Source of the DNA: Oscillospiraceae bacterium
GTDB taxonomy: Bacteria > Bacillota > Clostridia > Oscillospirales > Acutalibacteraceae
DNA: 26,669 nt
Direction: 5' to 3'
NCBI GenBank assembly: GCA_902791335.1
Contig: CADAVL010000010.1
Location: 1-26,669, forward strand
The notes below the pieces were generated by a model that was not told the origin of the DNA, did not search any database, and saw only the letters and a list, made by a program, of their open reading frames with translations. Numbering within the stretch: position 1 is the stretch's first letter; each line of letters begins with the position of its first letter. Of the stretch, positions 1 to 9,039 are shown piece by piece. The position numbers and the translations under genes were made by a program.

Positions 1-815
1 CCGGTAATGGCTTTTGGATTGAATGCTCCTGCCACGATTTCCACAAAAGCATCCGGGATTTTGGTAAGATTCATTAAAATCAGCAGAACCGCAAAGATAA
101 AATAGGTGATCGCCATAAACGGCACCACAATTTCAGAAACCTTTGCAATACGCTTAATACCGCCCAACACGACCAACGCCACGAAAGCGGTAACCAGTAA
201 GCCGCCGATCACAACCGACCAGGTGTAGCTGCACTCGCCGATGGTAAAGGCAACGTGCGCTTTATCGCCGTCGAAGAAGCCTTCCACCGCGGTGGTGATA
301 CCGTTAATCTGGGTGAGTGTACCGATACCCAAAAGACCGGCCAGCACGCCGAACAGCGCAAAAAGCTTGCCGAGCCATCTGAAGTTTTTGCCGAGACCTT
401 TTTCTATGTAAAAGAACGGGCCGCCGAGGAAGTGGCCTTTGCCGTCGTTTTCACGGTATTTTACCGCCAAAAGACCTTCGGCGTATTTGGTTGCCATGCC
501 GAAAAATGCGGCAACGAGCATCCAGAAGAGCGCGCCGGGGCCGCCGGCACAGATCGCCGTGGCCACACCCACGATGTTACCGGTACCGATGGTGGCCGAA
601 AGCGCCGTGCAAAGCGCGCCGAAGCTTGTAACCTCGCCCTCGCCGCCTTCTTCATTTTTTACCATGAATTTCAGTGCTTTGCCAAGATGCAGCACCTGCA
701 CAAGACCGGTGCGACAGGTAAGATAGATGCCGGTGCCGAGAATGAGAATGATCATAAACCAGCCCCAGACGTATCCGTCTACCTTCTCAATGATTTGGTT
801 GATTTGTTCGAGCAT
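1..815 (-). CDS. Alanine/glycine:cation symporter (AGCS family), N-terminal ~271 aa; the 3' part runs off the window start
   Basis: Reverse-strand translation from ATG (revcomp of 813-815) reads MLEQINQIIEKVDGYVWGWFMIILILGTGIYLTCRTGLVQ...GALCTALSATIGTGNIVGVATAI...GPFFYIEKGLGK, the hallmark AGCS N-terminus. An RBS-like GAAAGGAA lies upstream. The ORF is absent from the supplied track because no stop falls inside the window. Confidence 0.85.
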   Translation of the reverse strand, partial: MLEQINQIIEKVDGYVWGWFMIILILGTGIYLTCRTGLVQVLHLGKALKFMVKNEEGGEGEVTSFGALCTALSATIGTGNIVGVATAICAGGPGALFWMLVAAFFGMATKYAEGLLAVKYRENDGKGHFLGGPFFYIEKGLGKNFRWLGKLFALFGVLAGLLGIGTLTQINGITTAVEGFFDGDKAHVAFTIGECSYTWSVVIGGLLVTAFVALVVLGGIKRIAKVSEIVVPFMAITYFIFAVLLILMNLTKIPDAFVEIVAGAFNPKAIT

Positions 816-837
816 TTTTTTGGGTTCATTCCTTTCA

Positions 838-882
838 AAATAAATAAAGCCGGGTTTTAAGCGCCGGGGCTTAAAACACGAC
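838..882 (-). terminator. Riboswitch expression-platform terminator. On the minus strand it reads GTTTTAAGCCCCGGCGCTTAAAAC followed by CCGGCTTTATTTATTTT.
   Basis: A 9-bp stem (GTTTTAAGC/GCTTAAAAC) followed by a U-rich tract. It sits between the glycine aptamer and the symporter start codon. Confidence 0.55.
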
Positions 883-914
883 TTCCCTGAGAAAGAACCG
901 ACAAGCAAATTGTA

Positions 915-1052
915 ACTTGCTCTGTCCTTTTGCCTGAGAGATTGGCAAGCAAAAATGCGTTGCCGTACACCTTCGGCGCCCTTAAAGATCAACTAAGGTT
1001 TCGGCGATCGTTTGCCGATATCGGTTGATCGGGGGACTCTCCAGAGAACCGT
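915..1052 (-). promoter_or_regulatory. Glycine riboswitch aptamer (Rfam glycine family) in the leader of the AGCS symporter gene
   Basis: The minus strand shows the conserved blocks in order: CTCTGGAGAG (revcomp of 1037-1046), GGCGCCGAAGG..GGCAA (revcomp of ~965-990), and CTCTCAGGCAAAAGGACAGAG (revcomp of 920-940). These match the remembered glycine-aptamer consensus. A terminator follows. Confidence 0.7.
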
Positions 1053-1071
1053 CTTTTAAAAAACGACAAAA

Positions 1072-1102
1072 ACAATATACCACAATTTATGCGTCTTGAC
1101 AA
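1072..1102 (-). promoter_or_regulatory. Sigma-A-like promoter for the riboswitch and symporter transcript. Minus strand reads TTGTCA-N17-TATATT.
   Basis: Minus strand reads aaactaTTGTCAagacgcataaattgtggTATATTgtttttgtcg. It overlaps the opposite-strand TTGACA box. Confidence 0.4.
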
Positions 1103-1141
1103 TAGTTTATGTCGAAATTTTTAATAAATTATGAATTTGTA

Positions 1142-1170
1142 TTGACTGCACCCCTTGTCTGCCTTATTAT
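1142..1170 (+). promoter_or_regulatory. Sigma-A-like promoter (TTGACT-N17-TATTAT) upstream of the UPF0126 gene
   Basis: TTGACT at 1142-1147, 17-nt spacer, TATTAT at 1165-1170. The flanks are AT-rich. Confidence 0.4.
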
Positions 1171-1269
1171 ATAATCGTATATAAAAGATTTACTTAAAAT
1201 ATTAAACCGAGCGGTCGGCGGGTTTCGCGACCTGTTTCGGCGAATATGAAACAAGGGGCGTAATTTCGC

Positions 1270-1926
1270 ATGGAATTTTTGGAACTGCTGCTCAAATGGG
1301 TGGAAATTCTCGGCACGGCGGCGTTTGCGGCGTCGGGCGCTATGGTGGCGATCGAGCGCGGCACCGACCTTTTCGGCGTGCTGTTTTTAGGCATTGTCAC
1401 GGCGCTTGGCGGCGGCACGCTGCGCGATATTCTTTTGGGCGAATTTCCGCCGAGAATGTTTTACAGCTATTCGTATCTTTGCATTGCCGCCGCAACGGCG
1501 CTGATCGTTTTTATTGCGGCCGGTGCGCTCAGCAAAAAGTATCACGAAAAATACGATCTTATCAATAAAATCTGCAATTATTTTGACGCACTGGGTCTGG
1601 CGGTCTTCTCGGTCACCGGCGTGACCTACGCCATTCGTGCAGGCTTTTTTGACAATCCCTTTTTGTGCGTGTTTTTAGGGATGACTACAGGAATCGGCGG
1701 CGGTGTACTTCGGGATATGATGACCGGTGCCGTGCCGTTTGTGCTGAAAAAACGCATTTATGCTGTGGCCGCCATTGTCGGCAGTTTGCTTTACTGGGTG
1801 CTGCTGCGCGTTTCGCTGTCTCAGTTTTCGTCCATGGGTATTTCGGTGGCGGTGGTCTTTCTCATTCGGGTGCTTGCCACACAATTTTGCTGGGATCTTC
1901 CCAAGATTGAGGAGCATACATCATGA
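1270..1926 (+). CDS. UPF0126 / 'glycine transporter' domain (TRIC-like) integral membrane protein, 218 aa
   Basis: Two internal repeats, each with a Gly-rich GGG(T/V)LRD motif (ALGGGTLRDILLG and GIGGGVLRDMMTG), in a hydrophobic protein. This is typical of the PF03458 family. RBS AAGGGG precedes the start. Confidence 0.75.
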   Translation: MEFLELLLKWVEILGTAAFAASGAMVAIERGTDLFGVLFLGIVTALGGGTLRDILLGEFPPRMFYSYSYLCIAAATALIVFIAAGALSKKYHEKYDLINKICNYFDALGLAVFSVTGVTYAIRAGFFDNPFLCVFLGMTTGIGGGVLRDMMTGAVPFVLKKRIYAVAAIVGSLLYWVLLRVSLSQFSSMGISVAVVFLIRVLATQFCWDLPKIEEHTS

Positions 1927-2435
1927 AGATTCTTCGTTCCAATCGGCGCACGTTGGTGGTGGAGATCACAAAAAATGCAGAAACCTTAGTGCGCGCACCC
2001 TATTTTGTTTCGGACGCCGAGATTGAAAGCTTTTTAAAAAGCCGCCGCGCGTGGATCGAAAAGCACACAAAAGCCATGGAAGAAAGGCTCCGAAAATACC
2101 CCGAACCCGACGAACGGGAAGTAAAGCGGCTTTTGAAACTGGCAAAGGAAACCCTGCCGAAGCTGACGCAAAAATACGCCGAGATGATGGGTGTTTCTTA
2201 TAAAAGCGTAAAGATCACCCACGCGAAAACACGCTTTGGCAGCTGTTCTAAAGCGGGCTCCATTTGCTATTCGCTTTATCTGATGCGATACCCGATGCCG
2301 GCCATAGAATACGTGGTGGTGCACGAGCTTTGCCACCTGCGGCATTTTAATCACAGCGCGGCGTTTTACCGCGAGATTGAAAAATATCTGCCGGACTACA
2401 AAATCAGAAAAGCGCTCCTTTCAGGAAAAGATTGA
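1923..2435 (+). CDS. M48-family / YgjP-like (DUF45) zinc metallopeptidase, 170 aa
   Basis: HEXXH motif (VVHELCHLRHFNHS) near the C-terminus and a YgjP-like N-terminus (RSNRRTLVVEI). The start overlaps the upstream stop (ATGA). RBS GAGGAG precedes it. Confidence 0.75.
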   Translation: MKILRSNRRTLVVEITKNAETLVRAPYFVSDAEIESFLKSRRAWIEKHTKAMEERLRKYPEPDEREVKRLLKLAKETLPKLTQKYAEMMGVSYKSVKITHAKTRFGSCSKAGSICYSLYLMRYPMPAIEYVVVHELCHLRHFNHSAAFYREIEKYLPDYKIRKALLSGKD

Positions 2436-2483
2436 GCCAACGGCTTTGCTAAAATCAAAAAAATTTAAAGGAAGAAAAAATTT

Positions 2484-3983
2484 ATGAGAACCAACGGAAT
2501 TCTGTTACCGATATTTTCGCTTTCGTCGCCCTACGGCATCGGCACGCTCGGCAAGGAGGCTTTTGATTTTATCGACTTTTTAAAGGAAGCAGGCTGCAGC
2601 TATTGGCAGATCCTGCCGGTCGGCCCCACCGGCTTCGGCGATTCGCCCTATCAGTCGCCGTCGGCCTTTGCCGGCAACCCTTATTTTATTGATCTCAGGA
2701 TTTTGTGCCGCGAGGGTTGGCTGCAAGAGCAAGCGCTGCAAAGCATAGATTTCGGCAAAGACCCCCATAAAGTCGATTACGAAAAGCTTTATTTAAACCG
2801 CTTTGAAGTTTTGCGTGTTGGTGCCGATCGTTTTTTAGAAAACGCTCAGGAAAACACGCTTTCGGATTTTGAAAATTTTTGCGAAGAAAACAGCTTCTGG
2901 CTTGACAGCTATGCACTGTTCAGCGCACTGCACGACCGCTATCACTGCGCGTTTTACGACTGGCCAAAGGAATACCGCACCCGCGAAAAGGAGGCACTAA
3001 AGCGCGCCGAAGCGGAGCTTTCTTCGGATATTGCCTTTTATAAAATTTTGCAGTATTGGTTCTTTTCTCAGTGGCAGACGCTTCACGACTACGCCAAAAA
3101 GGCAGGCGTCGGCTTCATCGGCGACATGCCGATCTATGTGGCGCCCGACAGCGCCGATGTGTGGGCGCACCCGGAAATTTTTCTGCTCGATGAAAACGGT
3201 CGTCCGTCGTCCGTGGCCGGTTGCCCGCCCGACGCATTTTCGGCCGACGGTCAGCTGTGGGGCAATCCGCTTTATGACTGGTCGGCCTTAAAGGAAACCG
3301 ATTACGCCTGGTGGTGCGAAAGACTAAAGTTTGCAGGAAAACTTTACGACGTTGTACGCATTGATCATTTCAGAGCGTTCGACGCTTATTTCAGCATTCC
3401 GACAGGGGAGAAGACCGCCAAAAACGGTGTATGGAAGCAAGGCCCCGGCGAGGAATTCTTCCAAAGTGTGCATCAAAAGATCGGGAAACTTCACATTATC
3501 GCCGAGGATTTAGGACAGATCACCGATTCGGTTCGCGCACTGCTCAAAAGCGTCGGCTATCCCGGCATGGCAGTGCTGGAATTCGCTTTTGATCCTAACG
3601 GCGACAGCCGATATTTGCCGCACAATATTGAGAAAAACAGCGTGGTCTATACCGGCACGCACGACAATGACACCATCGAGGGGTATTTAAAAAATGCACC
3701 CAAAAGTGAGCGCCGCTTTTGCATAGATTATCTGCGTTTGAGCGCAAACGAGGGCTATAACTGGGGCATGATGCGCGCGGCCATGGCCACGGCGGCCGAC
3801 ACCTGTATTTTGCAAATGCAGGATTTTATGGGACTTTCCGAGGGCGCGCGAATCAACACCCCCGGCACGTCCGAGGGAAATTGGCAGTGGCGCATGGAGG
3901 GCAGTTGTATCAATTCCTGGCTTGCAGGCATTATCCGCCAAAACACGGCGCTTTACCGCAGACTCGGCAATCAAAAAGCTTAA
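2484..3983 (+). CDS. malQ: 4-alpha-glucanotransferase (amylomaltase, GH77)
   Basis: N-terminus GILLPIFSLSSPYGIGTLGKEAFDFIDFL...WQILPVGPT...GDSPYQSPSAFAGNPYFIDL is the classic MalQ signature. It is 499 aa with RBS AAAGGAAG. Confidence 0.9.
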   Translation: MRTNGILLPIFSLSSPYGIGTLGKEAFDFIDFLKEAGCSYWQILPVGPTGFGDSPYQSPSAFAGNPYFIDLRILCREGWLQEQALQSIDFGKDPHKVDYEKLYLNRFEVLRVGADRFLENAQENTLSDFENFCEENSFWLDSYALFSALHDRYHCAFYDWPKEYRTREKEALKRAEAELSSDIAFYKILQYWFFSQWQTLHDYAKKAGVGFIGDMPIYVAPDSADVWAHPEIFLLDENGRPSSVAGCPPDAFSADGQLWGNPLYDWSALKETDYAWWCERLKFAGKLYDVVRIDHFRAFDAYFSIPTGEKTAKNGVWKQGPGEEFFQSVHQKIGKLHIIAEDLGQITDSVRALLKSVGYPGMAVLEFAFDPNGDSRYLPHNIEKNSVVYTGTHDNDTIEGYLKNAPKSERRFCIDYLRLSANEGYNWGMMRAAMATAADTCILQMQDFMGLSEGARINTPGTSEGNWQWRMEGSCINSWLAGIIRQNTALYRRLGNQKA

Positions 3984-4206
3984 AATTCGGTGTTTTCAAT
4001 CGTTTTATGCATTTTGCACAAGATGTTGACCTAATTTTTAGGCAGGATTTTTGGGCGTTTTGGTTGCCGTTTTCAGATAAAACTGATAAAATGAACCTGG
4101 CCGGAAATTTTCAAATGTCAGGCGTGACGGGTTCTTCGTCTCGTTTTTCTAACCGGCCGACGTGCCAAAGCCCGTTTTTTGTGAGCGGCGGCAAAAATTT
4201 TTAAAA

Positions 4207-4236
4207 AGCATTCTTCAATAGGCAGGAGAAGAATGC
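4207..4236. promoter_or_regulatory. Perfect 9-bp inverted repeat, GCATTCTTC-N11-GAAGAATGC, about 100 bp upstream of the glycoside-hydrolase-like gene
   Basis: No U-tract follows, so an operator is more likely than a terminator. It lies between malQ and the downstream large gene. Confidence 0.3.
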
Positions 4237-4339
4237 CTGGGAGTATTGATATTTAAAGGGGCAGTTTATATTCGGTGGAACAATAAAAATAAAGCACCGA
4301 CGAGTGGCTTCCTTTAAATATAGAAAGAGAGTGTGTATC

Positions 4340-7300
4340 ATGATGAAAACAGGAGAAGTGTTTAAAAACCCACCGCAAATTTACCGCGGCACGGATTTTT
4401 GGATGCTCAACGACGAGCTGACCGACGATGAGATTCGCTTTCAGGTAAAGGAATTCGCCGATAAGGGCGTGGGTTCCTTTATTGCGAGAACCTATGTCGG
4501 CCTTCGGACCGACTATCCCGGCCCGAAGTGGAAACACCAGATCCGTGTGATGCTGGAGGAAGCCACCAAATATGGCTTAAAGGTTACCTTGCAGGCCAAA
4601 AGAATGCCCGGCGGCGTGAAGGATCTGCCGAAAAAGTACGTTTTGGGCGCTTTGGAGTGTTTGACGTACAAAGAGCTGAACGATAAGAATTACCGCTATC
4701 GCGGCGCATTTTCCAAAACGCTTTCGCGCTACAATGAATATTATATTGTAAAGCACACCACAGGCGACCCCGAGAAGGCCGGCGGTACGCTGAATATGTA
4801 CAGCGAGGAAGCCTGCGAATATTACGTCAACGAATGCTACGGCGATATGTGGGAGGAATTCCGCCCGTATTACGGCAACACGGTGTTCACTATGTGGGTG
4901 GACGAACCGAACTACAGCGACGAGACCCTGCCCTGGCCGGACAATCTGCCGGACGTTTTTAAAAAGCGCTGGGGATACGATATTTCGGCAAAAACCTACT
5001 TGCTGTTCTTTAATGTTGAAAATTACAAAGAGGTGCGTTATCACTACCGCGTCACTTTGCAGAAAATGATGGAGGAAGCCTACTTTACCCACATTCGCGA
5101 CTGGTGTCAGAAAAACAGGGTCAGCTTCAGCGGTCATTTGATGAACGAGGACGGCCTGCTTTCGCAGATTCTTCATGCCGGCGCGGTCATGCCTTATTAT
5201 AAATACTTTGACATTCCCGGTATTGACATTTTGGAGGCGGATATGCCCTGGCGCTACGGTGCGATCAAGGAGCCGCACCCGCGGGAGGATCTCGGCCGCG
5301 ACGAGCATACCGGCGAATATTACACCCCGATGTCCACGCTGGGGCAGTATACCACGCCGCTCCAGTGTACCTCTGCGGCGCATCAGGCTGGCAAGGAGCA
5401 CATGCTGTGCGAAATGTACGGCGTTACCACGAACAATTTTACTTTGCGCGATCAGCGGCGTATGTTCGATCACTTTGCAGCACTGGGCATTAATCACCGC
5501 TGTGTGCACGCCTATTTTTACAATCTGCACGGCCGCGCCAAGCGTGCATTTCCGGCGCAGATCAACTATTATCAGCCGTATTGGGAAAAATATCGCCCCA
5601 TGACGGACTATGTTGCAAGAGTCAGCTGGTTTATCAGCTGCGGCAAGCCGGTGCGCGATGTGCTGCTGATTCACCCGTTGGAAACGGCTTATATGCTGTT
5701 TGAAGGCATTAAAAACGGCGTGGAAAAGAACGATCTGCTCGACGATTACGACCGTCGCTATTTCCACCTGATTCGTGCGCTTTGCGGCATGCAGTGTCAG
5801 TTTGAATACGGCGACGAAGCCACCATCGGCGACTGGGGCAAGGTACAGGACGGTCGCTTCTCGGTGGGTGAGATGTCTTATAAGACCGTGGTCTTGCCGT
5901 ATCTTGACGTGATTCGCAAATCAACGCTCCAAAAGCTGTCGGAATATAGAAAGAAAGGCGGCAAGGTTTATATTCTCGGCACGCTGCCCACAAGACTGGA
6001 CGGCTGCGAGGACAAAAATCTTGCGCAGAAGCTTTTGGATATGGGCTGTATTTTCTGCGAACACCGCAAGGAGCTTTTGGATCTGTTAGTTTCCGAAAAC
6101 ACCGATTTTTCGCTTTCCTGCACGTCGGATATTACGCCGATTCTTGTAAACCACCGCGCTGACGAACATACGGATTATTTCTTTTTGATGAACGACGACT
6201 GCACCGACGATCGAGAGCTTACGCTTACACTGAAAGGTGAAAGAAGCCTGTTCCTTTATGACGCTTTTACCGCCGAGGTCACCCCCTACAGCGGAGAATA
6301 TAAAAACGGTGAAACGGTGTTCACGGTCAAATTAGAGGCCGGTTCCAGTAAGATGATCCAAGCGCAAAAAGCGGCGTTTCAGCAGATAGAAAAGCCCTCC
6401 GGAGAATACCGTGTCCGCGCGGTTTCCGACGATTGGGCGCTTAAAAGAAACGATCCCAATGTCATGCTTTTGGAATTCTGCCGATACAAAAGGGAAGAAT
6501 GGAGCGATTTTACAGAAAAATCCTATCCTGCAATTACCATCGGCGAAATGCTGGAGCGCGAGGAGTATTCCGGCAAGATCACGCTGCAATTTGAATTTTG
6601 CGCGAAGCAGGCGGTAAAACCGCGCCTTGTGGTGGAGGACGCTGCGCTTTCGGAAATCACCTTCAACGGCAAACCGGTCAATAACCGTCCGCTGGGTCAT
6701 TATGTGGCGCACGCGTTTGAGATTTTGGAGCTGCCGGAGGCTTGTAAAGTCGGCAAAAACACGGTGGAGATTACCCGACAGTTCTTCCCCAAGGCCAAAA
6801 TGAGTGGGCTTGACAGCGACCAGACCTGCGTGGATCTCGAATCTATTTATCTGATCGGCGATTTCGGCGTATTTTCCCGTCCGGAGCCTGCGGTCAACGG
6901 CACGCTGCGCTACAGCCGCTATTTTGCACTGGATCGCGAAACGCCGAAGGCCGGCAAGGATATCACCAAAGAGGGCTATCCTTTTTACACCGGTACAATG
7001 TCCTTTATAAAGGATGTGGAAGTTTCCGAAAAGGACCTGAGAAGTGCCAAAGTTCTCTTCCACTTTGAGGAATTCAACGGTTGTGTGGCCGAGGTATTTG
7101 TCAATGAGCAGTCCGCCGGCTGTGTGTTCTGGGCGCCTTATGAAATGGACTTGAAACCTTTCTTGAAGCCCGGTGCCAACCGCGTGCGCGTGGAGGTCAC
7201 CAATTGCCTTCGGAACCTTTTAGGTCCGTATCACCGCGTAGCCGGTGAGATCGGCAACCTTTGGGGCGGATACGACGCGCCGAACCTGCCATGGAGCGGC

Positions 7301-7420
7301 AACCGTCCCGACGATCCGGAGTGGTACGAACACCGCGAATTTGATACAAGGGTCTGGACGGACGACTATTTTCTTTTACCGTTCGGCTTCGGCAAGGCAG
7401 AGCTGCGGTTCTATGAATAA
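4340..7420 (+). CDS. Large (~1026 aa) putative glycoside hydrolase with C-terminal galactose-binding-like beta-sandwich domains; family not resolved
   Basis: The N-terminus (FKNPPQIYRGTDFWMLNDELTDDEIRFQVKEFADKGVGSFIARTY) resembles uncharacterised TIM-barrel glycosidase families. A candidate catalytic region (TMWVDEPNYSD) is present. The C-terminus (FHFEEFNGCVAEVFVNEQSAG...ANRVRVEVTNCLRNLLGP) looks like the sugar-binding jelly-roll of GH2-like enzymes. I chose ATGATG at 4340 as the start because the track's 4304 start is a GTG with no RBS. Confidence 0.55.
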   Translation: MMKTGEVFKNPPQIYRGTDFWMLNDELTDDEIRFQVKEFADKGVGSFIARTYVGLRTDYPGPKWKHQIRVMLEEATKYGLKVTLQAKRMPGGVKDLPKKYVLGALECLTYKELNDKNYRYRGAFSKTLSRYNEYYIVKHTTGDPEKAGGTLNMYSEEACEYYVNECYGDMWEEFRPYYGNTVFTMWVDEPNYSDETLPWPDNLPDVFKKRWGYDISAKTYLLFFNVENYKEVRYHYRVTLQKMMEEAYFTHIRDWCQKNRVSFSGHLMNEDGLLSQILHAGAVMPYYKYFDIPGIDILEADMPWRYGAIKEPHPREDLGRDEHTGEYYTPMSTLGQYTTPLQCTSAAHQAGKEHMLCEMYGVTTNNFTLRDQRRMFDHFAALGINHRCVHAYFYNLHGRAKRAFPAQINYYQPYWEKYRPMTDYVARVSWFISCGKPVRDVLLIHPLETAYMLFEGIKNGVEKNDLLDDYDRRYFHLIRALCGMQCQFEYGDEATIGDWGKVQDGRFSVGEMSYKTVVLPYLDVIRKSTLQKLSEYRKKGGKVYILGTLPTRLDGCEDKNLAQKLLDMGCIFCEHRKELLDLLVSENTDFSLSCTSDITPILVNHRADEHTDYFFLMNDDCTDDRELTLTLKGERSLFLYDAFTAEVTPYSGEYKNGETVFTVKLEAGSSKMIQAQKAAFQQIEKPSGEYRVRAVSDDWALKRNDPNVMLLEFCRYKREEWSDFTEKSYPAITIGEMLEREEYSGKITLQFEFCAKQAVKPRLVVEDAALSEITFNGKPVNNRPLGHYVAHAFEILELPEACKVGKNTVEITRQFFPKAKMSGLDSDQTCVDLESIYLIGDFGVFSRPEPAVNGTLRYSRYFALDRETPKAGKDITKEGYPFYTGTMSFIKDVEVSEKDLRSAKVLFHFEEFNGCVAEVFVNEQSAGCVFWAPYEMDLKPFLKPGANRVRVEVTNCLRNLLGPYHRVAGEIGNLWGGYDAPNLPWSGNRPDDPEWYEHREFDTRVWTDDYFLLPFGFGKAELRFYE

Positions 7421-7495
7421 CTGCGGACGTTCCGCTCCTAAATAGCAGTTTTGTCTGCTTGCGCGCTTTGCAGACAATTGACTTTAATTTCTGAT

Positions 7496-7548
7496 CACAG
7501 CGCGGCCAGGCAACGGTGCGTTTCCTCCGGCCGCGCTGTGGTTTTCTT
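7496..7548 (+). terminator. Intrinsic terminator: 12-bp stem CACAGCGCGGCC/GGCCGCGCTGTG followed by GTTTTCTT
   Basis: Perfect stem at 7496-7507 and 7529-7540, with a U-tract at 7541-7548. It sits downstream of the large gene. Confidence 0.65.
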
Positions 7549-7598
7549 GAATTTCTTTAAAATTTATATAATCCTGAAATGATACGGTGAGTTCCTTG

Positions 7599-8906
7599 AT
7601 GCTTTTTTATGAAATTTTGTTTTCGGCTCTTTGCGCTGTTCAGTCAAACGTCGGCCTGTGGCTTTTTAAGGCGCCTTTTTGGAATTGGTTCCTCTTTGCG
7701 GCGTGCCTTGTTTTTTTAAATCTTCTGCCGTTCCTTCTTTCAAAAAATATCCATTCGGGACGCCTGCGTGTCTGCCGTCACGGCGTTTTTTGCCTGCGCG
7801 GATTTTTGTGGTCGCTGCCCGTCGGCGTGGTTTACCACATTGCGCTTTTCGTGCGCGGTAAGAATATTAAAACGGTGCTTTCAAGCGCGCTGGTGCTCGC
7901 AATCGTAGAATTCACCCTGTTTTGGAACGGCATGATATCGGTGTATTTATCCTCGGTGCAGCTGGGAATTCACCACCGCGCGGTGGGCTTTTTGTTGGGG
8001 CTTGTACCGGTTTTCAATCTTTTTATGCTCGTTCGCATCATTCGCATTGTAGACCGCGAGGTTCGGTTTGAAGAACAAAAGAACCGGTTAAACGAGCAGC
8101 GCCGCAATGAAAGGATCTGCACCACACGCTACCCGATTTTGCTGGTACACGGCGTCTTTTTCCGCGATTTTAAATTTCCGCCTTATTGGGGTCGGATTCC
8201 CTCGGAGCTTCAAAAGAACGGCGCGCAGGTGTTCTTTGGGGAACACAGCTCCGCACTGTCTGTTGCGGATAGTGGGGAGGAGCTTTGCAAACGTATTGAG
8301 GCTATCTGTCGCGATGTAAAATGCGAAAAGGTCAATGTGATCGCCCATTCAAAGGGCGGCCTTGATATACGCGCCGCGGCCGCGCTTTGCCCTCAAAAAA
8401 TTGCGTCGATCACCACAATCAATACACCGCACCGCGGCTGTCAGTTTGCGGATTATTTATTGAAAAAAGTGCCGCCCTCGGTGCAGGAGGGCATTGCGAA
8501 AGCCTACAATGCCGCCGCGCTGAAACTTGGCGATCCGGCACCCGATTTTCTTTCGTCGGTGCGCGATCTTACCGCAAAAAATACCGCAGAATTCGGGGCT
8601 TTGCACCCACTGCCGCAGGGCGTCTTTTGCAGGAGCGTGGGATCGGTGCTGAAAATCCCTGCCGGCGGCAAATTTCCGCTGAATTTCACTTACCGACTGG
8701 CAAAGCATTTTGACGGCGCAAACGACGGCCTGGTAGCTGTTTCCTCCTTTTCGTGGGGCGAAGATTTTAAGCTTTTAACGCCTGTCGGCCGCCGCGGTAT
8801 TTCGCACGGTGATGTGATTGACCTGAACCGTGAAAATATTGAGGGCTTTGATGTCCGCGAATTTTATGTAGCGCTTGTAAGCGACCTTAAAAACCGCGGA
8901 TTTTAA
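7599..8906 (+). CDS. Membrane-anchored alpha/beta-hydrolase. It has an N-terminal domain of ~5 TM helices and a C-terminal triacylglycerol-lipase-like domain.
   Basis: YPILLVHGVFF (oxyanion region) and AHSKGG (GXSXG nucleophile motif, as in Bacillus LipA-type lipases) follow ~170 aa of hydrophobic helices. RBS GGTGAG precedes ATG 7599, and GTG 7587 is an alternative start. A TTGAAT...TATAAT promoter lies at 7547-7575. Confidence 0.7.
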   Translation: MLFYEILFSALCAVQSNVGLWLFKAPFWNWFLFAACLVFLNLLPFLLSKNIHSGRLRVCRHGVFCLRGFLWSLPVGVVYHIALFVRGKNIKTVLSSALVLAIVEFTLFWNGMISVYLSSVQLGIHHRAVGFLLGLVPVFNLFMLVRIIRIVDREVRFEEQKNRLNEQRRNERICTTRYPILLVHGVFFRDFKFPPYWGRIPSELQKNGAQVFFGEHSSALSVADSGEELCKRIEAICRDVKCEKVNVIAHSKGGLDIRAAAALCPQKIASITTINTPHRGCQFADYLLKKVPPSVQEGIAKAYNAAALKLGDPAPDFLSSVRDLTAKNTAEFGALHPLPQGVFCRSVGSVLKIPAGGKFPLNFTYRLAKHFDGANDGLVAVSSFSWGEDFKLLTPVGRRGISHGDVIDLNRENIEGFDVREFYVALVSDLKNRGF

Positions 8907-8999
8907 AGGCGTTTTATTTGGCGCGCGGATATTCTGCGCTTTTGAACAAAACGGTTGTCGGCGCCAGGAGGTATAAAGTTCTGAAAGCTTAAAAAATGC

Positions 9000-9028
9000 T
9001 TGACAATCGGCTTTCTGTGGTTTATAAT
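9000..9028 (+). promoter_or_regulatory. Strong sigma-A promoter TTGACA-N17-TATAAT driving the T-box leader
   Basis: TTGACA at 9000-9005, TATAAT at 9023-9028. Confidence 0.6.
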
Positions 9029-9039
9029 GATGTCAGCGC

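Noticed and set aside
255-860. 201-aa plus-strand ORF (and nested ORFs at 439-726 and 461-655)
   Set aside because: It is antisense to the clearly recognisable AGCS symporter reading frame on the minus strand. It has no RBS and its composition is that of a shadow ORF in a GC-rich region.
4577-5767. 396-aa minus-strand ORF
   Set aside because: It lies entirely inside, and antisense to, the 1026-aa glycoside-hydrolase-like gene. The same applies to 6332-7063 (243 aa).
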